Shown one piece after another: positions 1 to 13,871 of a DNA stretch of 64,000 nt. Source of the DNA: Octopus vulgaris. Taxonomy: Eukaryota. The position numbers and the translations under genes are program-made. Position 1 is the stretch's first letter, and every line of letters begins with the position of its first letter. The notes under the pieces are model-generated. The model worked only from the letters and a program-made list of their open reading frames with translations, did not search any database and was not told the origin of the DNA. The stretch spans positions 39,184,001 to 39,248,000 of the forward strand of contig OX597834.1 of NCBI GenBank assembly GCA_951406725.2, written 5' to 3'.

Positions 1-587
1 CACACACGCACACACACACAGGCACACACACGCACACACACACAGGCACACACATGCGTCGGAGTTGCTTTTGGTTGGCAAGAGTTTGCCTGTGAGACCG
101 TCTATTGAAACTGCCTGCAACTATTACATCGTAGAGAAACATGTTTATCATATAAAAAAAAAATACAGCGAAGAAACCCGAACCAACGTATAAAAGAAAA
201 GAATATGCATTAAATTGACAAATCAAAAGTCGAGGATAAGTGAAAGAAAAAGAAGAAAAAACCCCGAAAAAGTGAGAATGAAATAAGAGGAGAGAAAGGA
301 TTGAACCGTCACCGCAGGGCTTTCTTAATGTCTCTTTCAACATTGGACATCACAATTGAGTGGCAAAAAGAAACAAAATGAAATCCAGAGGTTCATTTTT
401 TTTTTACCCCAGCTTTTTGCTCCCTATTTGTAACCCTTTCAACACTCGACCCTGTAATCTTAGAATTAATACTACATCCTTACTTCAACAAAGAAAAAAC
501 ATGGACACAAACCCTCTTTCCGATCCCATCCCTTTATACCCGGTTCTTAAATCAACTCTCAGACGTATTTGAACCGGTCTTAACTTC

Positions 588-1005
588 AAACACACACACA
601 CACAAGCACACAGAAGCACACACAAGCAAACACAAGCACACAGACATATGCACACACACACGTACACAAACACACAGACATATGCACACACATGTACAGA
701 CCACATACACACACTTATACATATACACATATACACACATACGCGTAAGCACACACACACACGTACACAGACACACAGATGCACACATACACACACATGT
801 ACGCACACACAGACACACACACACGTACGCATACACATATACGTACGCACACGCACACACACACAAACACATACACACATGTATACACACACATGCGTAC
901 ACGCGCGTGTGCTTGTGTGTGTGTAAACGTGAGTGTGTGCGTGTGTGTGAAAATGTGTTTGTGCGATCGTGTGTGTACGCGCGTGTTTGTGCGCGCACGC
1001 GCAGG
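588..1005. repeat. Degenerate (CA)n/(TG)n microsatellite tract
   Basis: Imperfect CA run followed by TG run; the overlapping ORFs are C/V or H/T artefacts. Confidence 0.9.
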
Positions 1006-1217
1006 CACATATTTGTGCATCCCGCTTCAGATGTAAGTATGGAGATTAAAATGAAGTGATACTCAGATAATTGCGAGGTCCCGCATCGTTAGCGACGATG
1101 ATCAAGGACATCACTTAGGAGATGTTAAAAGCCACATCAGATACCATGATGGTTCCAAGGTGTAGGTACAGCAGGTGATCAAACTCTGCATAAGGAGTAG
1201 GCAACCACCATATATAT

Positions 1218-1550
1218 ACTCTTTTACTCTTTTACTTGATTCAGTCATTTGACTGCGGCCATGCTGGAGCACCGCCTTTAATCGAGCAACTCGACCCCTG
1301 GACTTATTCTTTTGTAAGCCCAGTACTTATTCTATCGGTCTCTTTTGCCGAACCGCTAAGTAATGGGGACATAAACACACCAGCATCGGTTGTCAAGCAA
1401 TGCTAGGGGGAACAAACACAGACACACAAACACACACACGCATATATTTATATATGCATATATACGACGGGCTTCTTTCAGTTTCCGTCTACCAAATCAA
1501 CTCACAAGGCTTTGGTCGGCCCGAGGCTATAGTAGAAGACACTTGCCCAA
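1218..1550 (-). mobile_element. SINE family B (CORE-like tRNA SINE), 5'-truncated
   Basis: Reverse complement matches 35511-35938 (ttgggcaagtgtcttctactatagcctcgggccgacc...gactgaa-caagtaaaagagt). Confidence 0.9.
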
Positions 1551-1971
1551 TTAAATGATCCTCCTGTGTTTTTCTTTTACCCATAGCCAGGAACTTTTCA
1601 CCAACCCCTCGTAATAGTCTTCCACTAAGTTTAGCAAAAAGAAAACTGACAGAATAAATATCGTATCAGACTTTCAATAAATATGTACTGGCGTCGATGT
1701 GTTTTGACTAAAAATCTCATCAAGGCAGTGCCCCAGCATGGCCACAATCTAATGACATAAAAGGTATAGGTTACAATTATTGACTTCTTAATTGAAGCTA
1801 ATTATCAGAAACGACTGGGATTTGAACCAACGACCTTGTAATATATCGGTTTGTCTCAAACATCCTGGAAAAGCAGCCAATTCTGCAGTTTGTGCTTCAA
1901 ATTCTCCAATAACCCCCAATAAAAGATATTTCTGTTGGATTTACACCTGAAACCTTTACAGGTATTCCAGG

Positions 1972-2135
1972 CATAGACATGGCTGTATGGTAAGAAGCTT
2001 TCTTCTCAACCACATGATTTCGGGTTCAGACCCACAGCGTGGCACCTGGGGCAACATGTCTTCTACGAGAGCCTCGGGCCGATCATTGCATTGTGAGTGG
2101 ATTTGGTCGAGAGAAACTCTGCAGAAACCCATCAA
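1972..2135 (+). mobile_element. SINE family B 5' half, diverged
   Basis: A/B-box-like head (tggctgtatggtaagaag...ggttcagacccac) followed by the core gggcaacatgtcttctac. Confidence 0.8.
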
Positions 2136-2146
2136 TACACACACGT

Positions 2147-2206
<60 letters not shown>

Positions 2207-3427
2207 ATGATGATGATGATAGACTCTCGCGTCGAAAATGGCGTGTGAGCGTTCAGCTTTTGCGAAACGACCTGTATAAAAGATTTGTTTGTAGTGATCA
2301 AATGTTCCTGCCGCACTTTAGCGCTCTCCCTCCATCAAATCGGCAATGTCTGAACAGGTGTACTGTCTGCCACGCGTCAGGTGTCGAAGTAATCGCAGAG
2401 CAACTTGAGATGAAGATTTTGCTTAAGAAGACAACGCACCACCCAGTCTAGGAATTGAAATTACAATCTTTAGATCGCGAGTGCAACTCCCTAACCACTA
2501 AACTCTTCAAGGCGGTACTCCAGTATGGTCGCATTCCAAAGACTGGAACAATTAAGATATAATGATTTTGAAAAGAAAAAAATGATTAAATCGATATTTC
2601 TGAAGAGGACGTTTGGAGGATATGTGGTGCAATGGTTAGGACATCGGAGGTAAAGTGCTTTACAATATTTAGTTACAACTCCTTGTGTTCTGAGCTCAAA
2701 TCACGCTGCGATCAACTTTGCTTGTGATTCTTGCGGGGTTGGGGTGGGTCAATAAAATAGGGAACTAGTGAAGTGTTGTAGATTGATGAAATCAATTGTA
2801 CCCTCAGCCTAAATTTGTGGCCTTGTAACAAAGATGCAAAATCGATATCAAACGTATATTTGCTCTTTTCTAACAAAGCTTACGCTCATTGTTTGTCCCC
2901 TATATCAAACATAACTGCACCAACTTTATCTTCACCTATATGACTTTCGGTATTTAACCTACTTCAACTACATCCTGACTGCTTCCCATTTATATCGATC
3001 GATGCACAGATCGATCAATACCCAAATAATAGCAAGGTTAGTTTGTTCTCTTGGCATCGTTTAAATTCATAAACTCCTATTTTGCACAAATAATAGTGTC
3101 AGCGGTACTCTGCAAGCTATACAATATCTATATATAATAAAAAAAAAACGTAACAAAATATGAATACGATAATGATAACAGTAACAGTTTGTGATCAATG
3201 CGGATAATAAAGACATTCCGACATCATATGAATGCAATAATGGTGACTCTGTAATGTACACAATACGGATAATAAAGATAGCGAAAGCCTGATGCTATAC
3301 AAATAAGTTTATAAAAACATCAACCGTGGGTGAATGAATAAGGGAGCTTTTATTCATTCTATGACTGTTCTGCTAGAAATAGTAGCCAAATCTCTGTCAG
3401 ATCGCGCTCAATTAACATTAACACTGC

Positions 3428-3608
3428 TGTGGAGACTCCGCGGCAACAGGGCGTCCCATCACTCGGGATATGCATGCGGGATGTCGTGGACCGCTTGTGA
3501 ATTCAGAATTCCCACGAAACTTCTATGGTTCGTGATGCCATCAGGACCAGAGAAGAAGCCGGCTCAACCCGCCCTGGGTTAACGCCGTCACAAGCACAAG
3601 TAAGTATA
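3428..3608 (+). mobile_element. RTE-type LINE 3' end fragment
   Basis: Ends gccggctcaacccgccctgggttaacgccgtcacaagcacaagtaagta, a CAAGTA-like tail recalled from RTE 3' ends. Confidence 0.5.
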
Positions 3609-3609
3609 T

Positions 3610-3812
3610 ATGTATTGCAAGAAACAGCTAGGTTTCTTTCTCTAACATTTTACACAGCTCAACCTACACAAATTAATGTGTGTGAAACTAAACAGGATTT
3701 TTGAAAGCTGTTTCTATAAAACTAGCTTTTAAACATTGGATAGCTACGATGGTCCACCTGAGTAAAATATCCATCAAAGAGACCCATAGGTAAAAAATTG
3801 TTGAGAACCCTG
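3610..3812 (+). mobile_element. hAT (Charlie-like) MITE right end
   Basis: Terminates in aaaaattgttgagaaccctg, a Charlie-type TIR; complements the left-end type seen at 63044. Confidence 0.5.
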
Positions 3813-3859
3813 AACTAAGGGAACATTTTGCGTTTCACTGTAGTAAGGAGTGGTTCCTG

Positions 3860-4130
3860 TTGGGAGACTTTCTGACTGTCAAAGCTCTGTACAAGAGGCA
3901 CAACATCTGGAGTCTTCATTCCATGTTGACTATATGAGGTCGGATTTCGTGCAAAAAATACACATGAAGTTCAAAGTTATTTGAATCCTGTCTACGTTGA
4001 TCTTGGTGGCAACTCTGACAGAAATGCTTTTCAATCTGACGATCCGCTTCAGCAGAGCAGACGAAGCTAGGTTGATTGCTGGTTTTAATCGGATATACTG
4101 AACTGTTGAGTTGCCTTCTTCTCCTTAAAG
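3860..4130 (-). pseudogene. Highly degenerate RTE-like RT C-terminal fragment
   Basis: Minus-strand translation INLASSALLKRIVRLKSISVRVATKINV resembles the RTE motif RI.LASSAF..L...TKI.VY. Confidence 0.35.
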
Positions 4131-4267
4131 TGTGTTCGACATCTTTTAAATGTAATAAAAGATTAAAACAGATTAACTCTCTGTTAATCGTTCGCTACTC
4201 TATCGACTGGACACCGTCTGTCATTTTTTTGTACGTTATTAGATAACTATAGAGAGTTGAGCATACA

Positions 4268-4268
4268 A

Positions 4269-4305
<37 letters not shown>

Positions 4306-4321
4306 TAGATAGGTAGGTAGG

Positions 4322-4352
<31 letters not shown>

Positions 4353-4392
4353 GTAGGTAGATAGATAGGTAGGTAGATAGATAGATAGATAT

Positions 4393-4429
<37 letters not shown>

Positions 4430-4434
4430 CAGAC

Positions 4435-4525
<91 letters not shown>

Positions 4526-4575
4526 CAGCAGGTAGATAGATCGATCGTTCGAGGGATAGATAGATAAATAGATAG
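4268..4575. repeat. (GATA)n/(GACA)n/(GGTA)n compound microsatellite
   Basis: Direct observation. Confidence 0.95.
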
Positions 4576-5030
4576 ACCGGTACAGAGGCCCAGAGAGACA
4601 GACAAGACATTGTCCATCGTTTTATTCTCAGTCACACAAAGATGGGGTGTTAGTGTGACATGTACGAACAGACGTGACAAACTCCTTAAACTAAATCTAC
4701 GTTGGTCCACCCACAACCAGCGCCACGCCACCACCGCCCCCTCCCCACAACCAGCTCCACGCCCCCCCACTACCAGCATCAGCCCCGTAACCGCCATTTT
4801 AAGTGCACTTACTGTCTATGCTTACAGTAACGCTCACTCCATCTATAAAATGCAGTCAACCAAGAATCGAAGTTTACGGTTCATAGAAGCTGCAATGTTT
4901 CCGAAAGTATAGAGACACCGGAAATCCTTTATATTCGAAATAAAACGCACATATTATATATACATATATACATACATATATATATATATAAATATATATA
5001 CATACATATACATATATATATACATACACA

Positions 5031-5113
<83 letters not shown>

Positions 5114-5142
5114 GTAAATTTATTCATACTTACATATATGAA

Positions 5143-5173
<31 letters not shown>

Positions 5174-5204
5174 AAGTTATTCAGTTATAACGAGAATTTT
5201 ATGT

Positions 5205-5255
<51 letters not shown>

Positions 5256-5479
5256 CTAGTCGATCCCCGCCCTATTTCAGGGTGCAACAAAAGCTATCTG
5301 TCGGTGTACTCAGCTACCTATAGACACTAGTAAGTTAGGTAGGTAAAGGTAGGTAGGTAGGTAACGAACCAGTGATAACTGTGTTAGTGGAACACCATTT
5401 CTGACGTTAACATTTACTTCACGTCACTATTTTATCATATTTCTCGCGCTTTTGTTGCTGTTGTTGTTGTTGTTGTTTT

Positions 5480-6180
5480 TTTTAGCCCTAGGTCAATCCT
5501 GATCCAGTAGACCTGTGAATTACAGATGTTCCACATATGACCATCCAATCCTTTATTCACACATCAAAAACGTTCCATATACGTTCCAGCTGTGATCATC
5601 CAATCTTTTAAGGAAACCTAGTTTATCTAGGACTACACTATCAAATGTATACTATAGTATTTCGTGTTACTGGCTACAGTGGTTATCCAAAAGGCGGCGA
5701 GCTGGCAGAAACGTTAGGACTCCGGGCGAAATGCTTAGCGGTATTTCTCTGTCGTTACGTTCTGAGTTCAAAATCCGCCGAGGGCGACTTTGCCTTTCAT
5801 CCTTTCGGGGTCGATAAATAAAGTACCAGTTACGCACTGGGGTCGATGTAATCGACTTAATCCCTTTGTCTGTACTTGTTTGTCCCCTCCATGTTAAGCC
5901 TCTTATGGGTAGTAAAGAAATATATAGTGGTTATAGTTGATCTATGATTAAAGATGTTCCAGGCATGACCATCCTGTTTTTATATTCACATATCAAGCTT
6001 GTTCCACTTGTGATCAGCGAACCTTTTAAGTAAACCTAGTTTATCTAGGACTACATCATCAAATGTATAGTATAGTAGTTACCGTTGCTGGCTATAGTTG
6101 TTATTCAACGCAAGCTCAGACCTGATTCGGCCGACCTATGGCTGAATGTGTTTCACTTATGACCACCCCACCGATTATAC
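5480..6180 (+). repeat. Old tandem duplication (~190-bp units) interrupted by a SINE
   Basis: aaacctagtttatctaggactaca..atcaaatgtata occurs at ~5614 and ~6032; a third unit starts ~6105. Confidence 0.7.
5691..5922 (+). mobile_element. SINE family A (tRNA head plus Meta/MESC-like domain)
   Basis: aaggcggcgagctggcagaa...gagttcaaa (B box)...gcctttcatcctttcggggtcgataaa..aagtacc; many copies in the window. Confidence 0.9.
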
Positions 6181-6682
6181 CATCGATCTTGAGCTGTATT
6201 ATCTAATGCATGATTTGGCAAAAGGTGGGTTGCGCCCCACATCCGACCATTGTGGGCTTCGGATCTTGTTTTAAAACATTAAAAAAAAATGTATTTAGAG
6301 GCCATTGAGTGGTTAAGGGCCTTTGCATGGTGTTTTGGGCCCTGACTTGTTGAATTGTTGCAACGTTGGAAATAAGTTTGGCGGGGGTGTGGCGGGGTGA
6401 AACACGGGGATATTTTTTTTTCAAATATGAGATATAATAGAACAGAAATGTTGATGATGATTAACAGGGAAAAAGAGAAAAAAACAGAAGTGAAGAATTA
6501 CAAAAATAACCAAAAAAATCTTGTAACTCCCTGATTAAATGTATAATTAATATTGCTGGCTATTGTTATTTAGTCCCAGACCTAATAAATGTTGGATTAC
6601 ATATGGGTCTTATTCAGACATAAGTTGTCTTGGCCTACGCTGTCTAATGTATAGAATAATAGTTACTATTAGGGCCTACAGA

Positions 6683-6910
6683 GGGTGGCGAGCTGGCAGA
6701 ATCGTTAGCACGCCGGGCGAAATGCTTAGCGGTATTTCGTCTGCCGTTACGTTCTGAGTTCAAATTCCGCCGAGATCGACTTTGCCATTCATCCTTTCGG
6801 GGTCGATAAATTTTGTACCAGTTACGCACTGGGGTCGATGTAATCGACTTAATCCGTTTGTCTGTCCTTGTTTGTCCCCTCTGTGTTTAGCCCCTTGTGG
6901 GTAGTAAAGA
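6683..6910 (+). mobile_element. SINE family A
   Basis: Near-identical to 5691-5922 and 32610-32840. Confidence 0.9.
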
Positions 6911-6986
6911 GTATCCCCCTCTCATTTATTCGACACACTTCAACACACATACACGCGTACGCAGATATATATACATACATAGATAC

Positions 6987-7523
<537 letters not shown>

Positions 7524-8031
7524 TTCTCATATACACACACATATATTGAGTAGGAGAGATAGAGAATGTGAGAAGCATTAAACAGAGATAGGGATAAGTA
7601 GAAATCTAATTCATGAAACTGTACACATGTACTAAACCTTATCATTTAAAGTAAAAACCATATTTTAGTTGCAGATCTTTCTCTGTTTAAATGGCTAGAA
7701 AAAGCTATTAATCTGGCTGGTTTCAGTCATTATTAAGACTGCATCAGAATTCGTATACCCATGTCGCCAACTCTTACCTGTTATGGACCATTGATATTTT
7801 GATTCAAGTTTACATTGCTGTATAATATAAATATCTATTATAATGTGGGGTGGTTGTGTCGGAGCTGGTTCGAGTGTGTGGTTAAGAGGTTCGCTTTTGC
7901 AACTATGTGGCTTCCTGTTCAGTCCTACTCCTCGGCACCTAGGGCAAGTGTCTTCTACTATGGCCACAGGGCGATAAGTGCCTAGTGTGTGAATTTAGAA
8001 GGCGCAAACTGTGAGGAGTGCCGCCATATAC

Positions 8032-8063
<32 letters not shown>

Positions 8064-8292
8064 ACACATGTATGTATGTCATTATTCAGTTTATTTCAAG
8101 ATTTCTTGCCAATAGAAAAAAACTGGTTTCTAACCTAGATCCAAGGTTTCTTCATCGGAATTTCAACATCAAGAACAGAGTATTTACATACAAACATGCA
8201 TACATACATACATACATACATACATACATACATACATACATACATACATACATACATACATACATACATACATACATACATACATACATACA

Positions 8293-8372
<80 letters not shown>

Positions 8373-8379
8373 CATATAT

Positions 8380-8530
8380 GCGACGGGCTTTTTTCAGTTT
8401 CCGTCTACCAAATCCACTTACAAGGCTTTGGTCGGCCCGAGGCTATAGCAGAAGACACTTGCCCAAGTTGCCACGCAGTGGGACAGAACCTGGAACCATG
8501 TGGTTCGTAAGCAAGCTACTTACCACGCAG
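8380..8530 (-). mobile_element. SINE family B 5' half
   Basis: Reverse complement of the family B head and core. Confidence 0.9.
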
Positions 8531-8619
8531 AACATCAAAATCAAATAATCATTGAGAATTTAATTGATAGGATTCAAGTAAAATACTGTGGGAAAATGTA
8601 ATTATAAAAGTCATTTTAA

Positions 8620-9490
8620 AAAATGTAATAAGACATAACTAATGATTTATTAGGATCACTTAAAATTGATGCAAATTATATGCCACACTCTTCGAAAAAT
8701 CAATTTTTCTTGTTGACCCGTATTCAATGATCAATCTTTTGAGGCGTTCAGTTATTTTTCTATATTATGTACATGAATTTGAGGGATCTCTTCGAAGAAT
8801 TTGAGTCATTTTAGCTTGAACGAACCCTTCCTCTTCCTTCAGAGTTTTGATTAATTTCCAAATATTCAAATGAGCTCCACCTGCCGAACGCTTTGTCACA
8901 GAATGAACCATTCCCCCACCGCAGCATTATTTGTTCTGGGAAGATCTTGAAGCATACGCTGATTAACATTCCATACAGTTATCGGGAAAGTAGGGGGTCC
9001 TCTCCTTTGCCTAGCACCACATCCTCTCACAACCTCTATGTAAGTCAAGTCGAAGTTAGCGATGAATTCAGCAGGTACTTCTTCATCGTCCTTTAATTCT
9101 CCATAGACCTCTTCAACATCTTCAACGGGTAGGAAGGCCATTGCTGAAAAACATCGAGTTTTCAGACAGAATTCAGAGTCTTTATAGTCTTTTTCTTTGA
9201 GGCTTAAATCTATAATTTTTCGAAATACTGATTGGTTCAAATGAAACAAACCTGCCACGATAGATGAATTAGGGAATGATGAATTAAATGCCTCATGAAC
9301 TGCAGCTTCGAAATCTGCCATAAAGTCAAGCGGATATGCCTTAGTTTGCATAATTTTCAATTGCTCGAAAAATAATTCGTATGTCTACTTTGTTTCATTC
9401 GGCAGTAATGCAAAGACCCGCGGAAAACTGGTACCTTTAACTTGTACATGAATGCTAAACAGTTGAAACAACTGTTCTGGCACAGTTATG
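8620..9490 (-). pseudogene. MULE (Mutator-like) transposase remnant
   Basis: VPEQLFQLFSIH..PRVFALLPNETK*TY..MADFEAAVHEAFNSSFP..GLFHLNQSV..AFLPVEDV..WNV..LPRTNN; has a stop and a frameshift. Confidence 0.9.
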
Positions 9491-9760
9491 ACACAAAACG
9501 GAAAAGGCTGGCCTTTTTTAATTACAGGTACTATTAATTTTTTCCAGGTGAGTGGACTGGTGCAACATGAAATAAAGTGTCTTAGTCAAGGATACTGCAA
9601 CGCGTCACAGGGAATGGAACTCACGTCCTAACGAACATGAGCCGAATACCGCTAGCCAATAAGCCACATGCTTTCATCACATGAAATGATACCACATGCT
9701 ACATAGTACCGCATCCTCTACTACAACACCCAGTTCAGACACGCCATACTGATATGTGTT

Positions 9761-9976
9761 AGGCGAGCTGGCAGAATCGTTAGCACGCCAGGCAAAATGC
9801 TTAGCGGCATTTCGTCCGTCTTAACGTTCTGAGTTCAAATTCCGCCGAGGTTCACTTTGCATTTCATCTTCCTTCCGAGGTCTATCAAATAAGTACCAGT
9901 TGAACACGTGGGTCGATGTAATCTACTAATTCCCTTCTCGAAATTTCTGGCTCTGTGTCCAAGTTTGAAATCAATA
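9761..9976 (+). mobile_element. SINE family A (variant tail)
   Basis: Family A head and central domain with a different 3' end. Confidence 0.85.
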
Positions 9977-9985
9977 TGTATAAAA

Positions 9986-10350
9986 AGGCGCTGGTGTACC
10001 TGTGTGTTAAAAATGCTTGGTTCCCAACCACATGGTTCCGGGTTCAGCTCCACTGCGTGGCACCTTGGGAAAATGTATTCTACAACAACCTCAAACCGAC
10101 CAGAAGCCTTGTGAGTGGATTTGGTAGACGGAAACTGAAAGAAGCCCATCGTTAATATATATATATACATAGGCTTCCCAACCACATGGCTCCGGTGTTC
10201 TATAGATTCGGATTGACCAAAATCTTGCGAGTAGATTCGTTAGACGGACAGGAAAGAAGCCTTCTCTCTCTCTCCCCTGCTCTTTCCCTTTCTCTCCTTC
10301 CCTCTCTCTCTCCTTCTCTCTCTTCCTCTCTCTCTCTCTCACTCTCTCTC

Positions 10351-10397
<47 letters not shown>

Positions 10398-10580
10398 ATG
10401 TGTGTGTGTTTGTGTTAGTGTTTGTCACCGGTGTTAGCGTGTTTATATTAGCGTAACTTAGCGGTTCGGCCGATGAGACTGATAGAATAAGTAGCTGGCT
10501 TTGCAAAAAAAAAAATAAAAAAATAAGTACTGGGCCGATAACTTCGGTACCCCAGACTGGCTGCAGTCAAATAACTGTAA
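9986..10580 (+). mobile_element. SINE family B, diverged, with partial head duplication and internal microsatellites
   Basis: cccaaccacatggttccgggttcag...ccttggg...ggaaactgaaagaagccc; 3' part gcggttcggc..gatagaataagta. Confidence 0.75.
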
Positions 10581-11016
10581 AAGCGAACATTACTAAATCG
10601 GACCACACTATGGAGTGCCACATGTTATCTCAAACCACACTACATAATACCATATGCGATACCGCACCAGAGTACTCAATACCATAATACCATGTGCTGT
10701 ATCGTACGTCCCTAAACAAACCCATATTGTACCACCACACCATACAGTGCCATATGTTATACCACATAACACCAAACAATACCATTATGAGACTACTAAA
10801 TATGCAACTCTTAACAACTCGTAGCCATCACGCCTCCATATTATGGTCCATTTCTATTCTATAAATCTGTTGGCGACAACAACAACAACAACAAACAAAC
10901 AAGCCAGCAAACAAACCATGAATATTGTATAAATTTCCGAATGAAGAGGTTTTTGTCAATTTTTTTCCCCTTCATTTGGCTTACCTTTTGTATGTACGTA
11001 TGTTTGCATGCATGTA

Positions 11017-11067
<51 letters not shown>

Positions 11068-11266
11068 ATATATGTGTGTGTGTATATACATATATATATA
11101 TATATATATTTATATATATTTGTATATATATATGCATATATATTTATATATATATATATGTATATATACCTATATATATAAAAGCACTCATATGTGCAAA
11201 TACAAATACGTACATATATATGTATACGTGTGTGTGAATGTATATATACATGTATATACATATATG

Positions 11267-11302
<36 letters not shown>

Positions 11303-12273
11303 TATATACCCATATACAATATGAACTCCTATAATACTTTCGACCACCACACCTACGACTAAAATACACACACACACGCACACACACACTCACACACGCA
11401 CACACACACACACGCACACCACACATCAGTTCCCAAAAACGCAAAAGAAAACCGAAACACACACAAAACCCCACTTATTTTGTCATCTCTTCACCCTTCT
11501 TTTTTTTTTCGTTTTTCCTGTTTGTTGCTGCTGTTATCATTATCATTATTATTATTATTATCATTATTATTATTATTATCATTATTATTATTATTATCAT
11601 CATCATCACCATCATTATATTTTTTTGTTGCTTTTCATTTTCCTTTTTTTTATTTCTACTTTTACCTTTTTTGTTCGTCGCCCCCCCCGCTCCCCTTCCC
11701 TTTGCCTTTTTTTAATTCATTATTGACGCATTGTCTGGTTTATCTGCTTCGGGTGAGAAAGCACCAAATTACATACAATACAGTTGTACCTAGCAATTTT
11801 TCACACGTCACGCTTCGTTATTTATAATACTTTCAAACTCGGCTTCCATTTTACTTTCGTTACAAAATGGTGGCTTCTCTGTACTGACATCTTATTATTA
11901 AGCGCTTTCATTTGTATATTTATTTATTGACTTATTTTTTTGGTTATTTTCGATGGTTTCATTTTTTTTTTTTTTTTTTTAGTTAATGTAACAAAAAAAA
12001 ATCTCGTTTATACACATGGCAATATTGAATGTACAACAGCAACAACAACATCAATAAAAATTATAATGATAATAATAATAATAATAGTAATAGTACCGCC
12101 ATTGCGTGCAGTCATGCGTTAATTGGTCAGAAGGAAGGGCGATTAGAGCGTGAATTCATATATATATATATAATAGACAGATACATACTCGTACGATTAT
12201 TTAAATATTTAGATACATTTAGACATATACATACACACACATATAAGACAAACTTACGTACATACATATATAC

Positions 12274-12336
<63 letters not shown>

Positions 12337-12347
12337 CATATACATAT

Positions 12348-12381
<34 letters not shown>

Positions 12382-12549
12382 ATATATATATATATTCTCA
12401 AACAATGTCTAAGGACGTGTGTGAGGTTGGCAAAAGGTGACTATTTTTTTATCTCGGCACGAGGCTTTATATTCATAAGAATGAAGAAAGTAATAAAATA
12501 AGGGTGTTTTCATGCTTCTCTTAAGTGGAAACTGATAAATTCCTCAACA

Positions 12550-12990
12550 ATTTTACGGTGGACTTTATCACTCTGTGGTAGCTATTTACGGTTAGGTCGA
12601 CTTTACTGATGTCAGTTAAGTATCTTGGTCATGGACACATCACAGTGAATTATATCACGCTGTAGTACCTACTCACAGTTTGGTAGACTGGACTGTTGAC
12701 AGCTACATATCTTGATCATAGACACAGTACAGCAAACTTTATCACACTGTGGTACTTACACTATGGTACTTACATAACTGTTGACAGTTAAGTATCTTGG
12801 TCATGAATATAGTCCAGTAAACTATATTACGCCGTGGTACCTACTTACAACTAGGTAGACTTACCTAGGTACCTACTTACAGCTAGGTCTCATGGACACA
12901 GTGCAGTGAATTGTACCACACTGCGGTTCCTACTTAGGGCTCGGAGGTCTGTTGGTAGTTAAGTGGTTTTGTCATGGATATATTACAAGG
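12550..12990 (+). repeat. Diverged minisatellite, ~85-bp unit, ~5 copies
   Basis: Recurring cagttaagtatcttggtcatggacac..cagtgaatt.tatcacactgtggtacctac. Confidence 0.8.
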
Positions 12991-13109
12991 AATTACATAT
13001 AAGTTCACTGGGTCGTCGAGAATTAAATTCTTGGGTCGCTGATTCATGCAAAATAAAGTTTCTGAAAGTTTAAAATTTAAAACGTTTGTAATATGCTTTT
13101 TAAGATAAC

Positions 13110-13500
13110 ATGGACGCCGCTCGGGCTCGAAACATTGGCCGTTAGGTGAACCTCCTCGAGGAATGTGAAGACGCAAGCTGGAAAGCGGAGCATTTCCAAT
13201 CGAAGTTGGACGTACAGAGTGACTTGCACACCGTGTGAAACGACTGTTATTATCATTAGGCCTAACTCATCGTAAAGTATATACCACCATGACCAAACTA
13301 CAGTGGAGAAGGCTAGCCACTGGATTTGGTTAAAAAGACACGATGAGCGATGGCTAGGAAAATATTGAGCTTTATTTGATAACCAGTTGATCTAGCAAGC
13401 AGGGCCTCATATCAGTGTGTGGGATGGTGAGCACTGTTACCGTCGAGATGTAGGCCCCCGAAACGGCACGCATTCTCTCCTGATAACCCCATACACTTGC
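13110..13500 (+). pseudogene. RLE-type LINE (Hero/R2-like) C-terminal fragment and 3' UTR
   Basis: MDAARARNIGR*VNLLEECEDASWKAEH(fs)PIEVG..LLLSLGL..(fs)EKASHWIWLKR matches the Hero-type endonuclease C-terminus. Confidence 0.7.
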
Positions 13501-13661
13501 TAGATTGCGGTGTGCAGAGCTTTCGACTGGTAGCACTTGCATGTGCATGTTGTTTGCAAAACATGCAGTATTGCTTAGATATGAGTAAGTTAACTGGGTT
13601 GTCGAGAGTTAAATACTTGGGTCGCTGACACACGCGAAATAAAATTATCATTAGGCCTAAT

Positions 13662-13840
13662 GAGGGGGACTGTCGATCAAATCGACCCCGGTACTTGAGT
13701 GGTACTTAATTTATCGAATCCGAAAGGTTGAAAGACAAGGCCGACTTCGGAGGAATTTGAACTCGTAAAGGACATAAGGACGGGCGAAATACCGGTGAGT
13801 TTTTGTCCATTGTGTTAACGATTCTGCCAGCTCTCCGCTT
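13662..13840 (-). mobile_element. SINE family A, diverged
   Basis: Reverse complement of family A. Confidence 0.8.
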
Positions 13841-13871
13841 TAAAACCGTTTGTGATATCTCTGTCACAAAT

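Noticed and set aside
413-564. Possible exon (acceptor ttttaccccag, open frame, donor gtattt)
   Set aside because: No recognisable homology and a weak donor
485-1059. Long C/V, H/T, I/Y and poly-amino-acid ORFs here and throughout the ORF track
   Set aside because: They are translations of microsatellites with no domain content
4632-4826. Possible phase-1 exon TQRWGVSVTCTNRRDKLLKL
   Set aside because: Good acceptor but no convincing donor; similarity to the 56377 peptide (CTNR, LLKL) is probably chance
5510-6110. Apparent giant TSD around the SINE at 5691
   Set aside because: Flanks are far more diverged than the SINE and a third unit follows, so it is an older tandem repeat
12550-12990. 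CRISPR-like repeat-spacer look
   Set aside because: Eukaryotic context, degenerate repeats, homologous spacers and no cas genes
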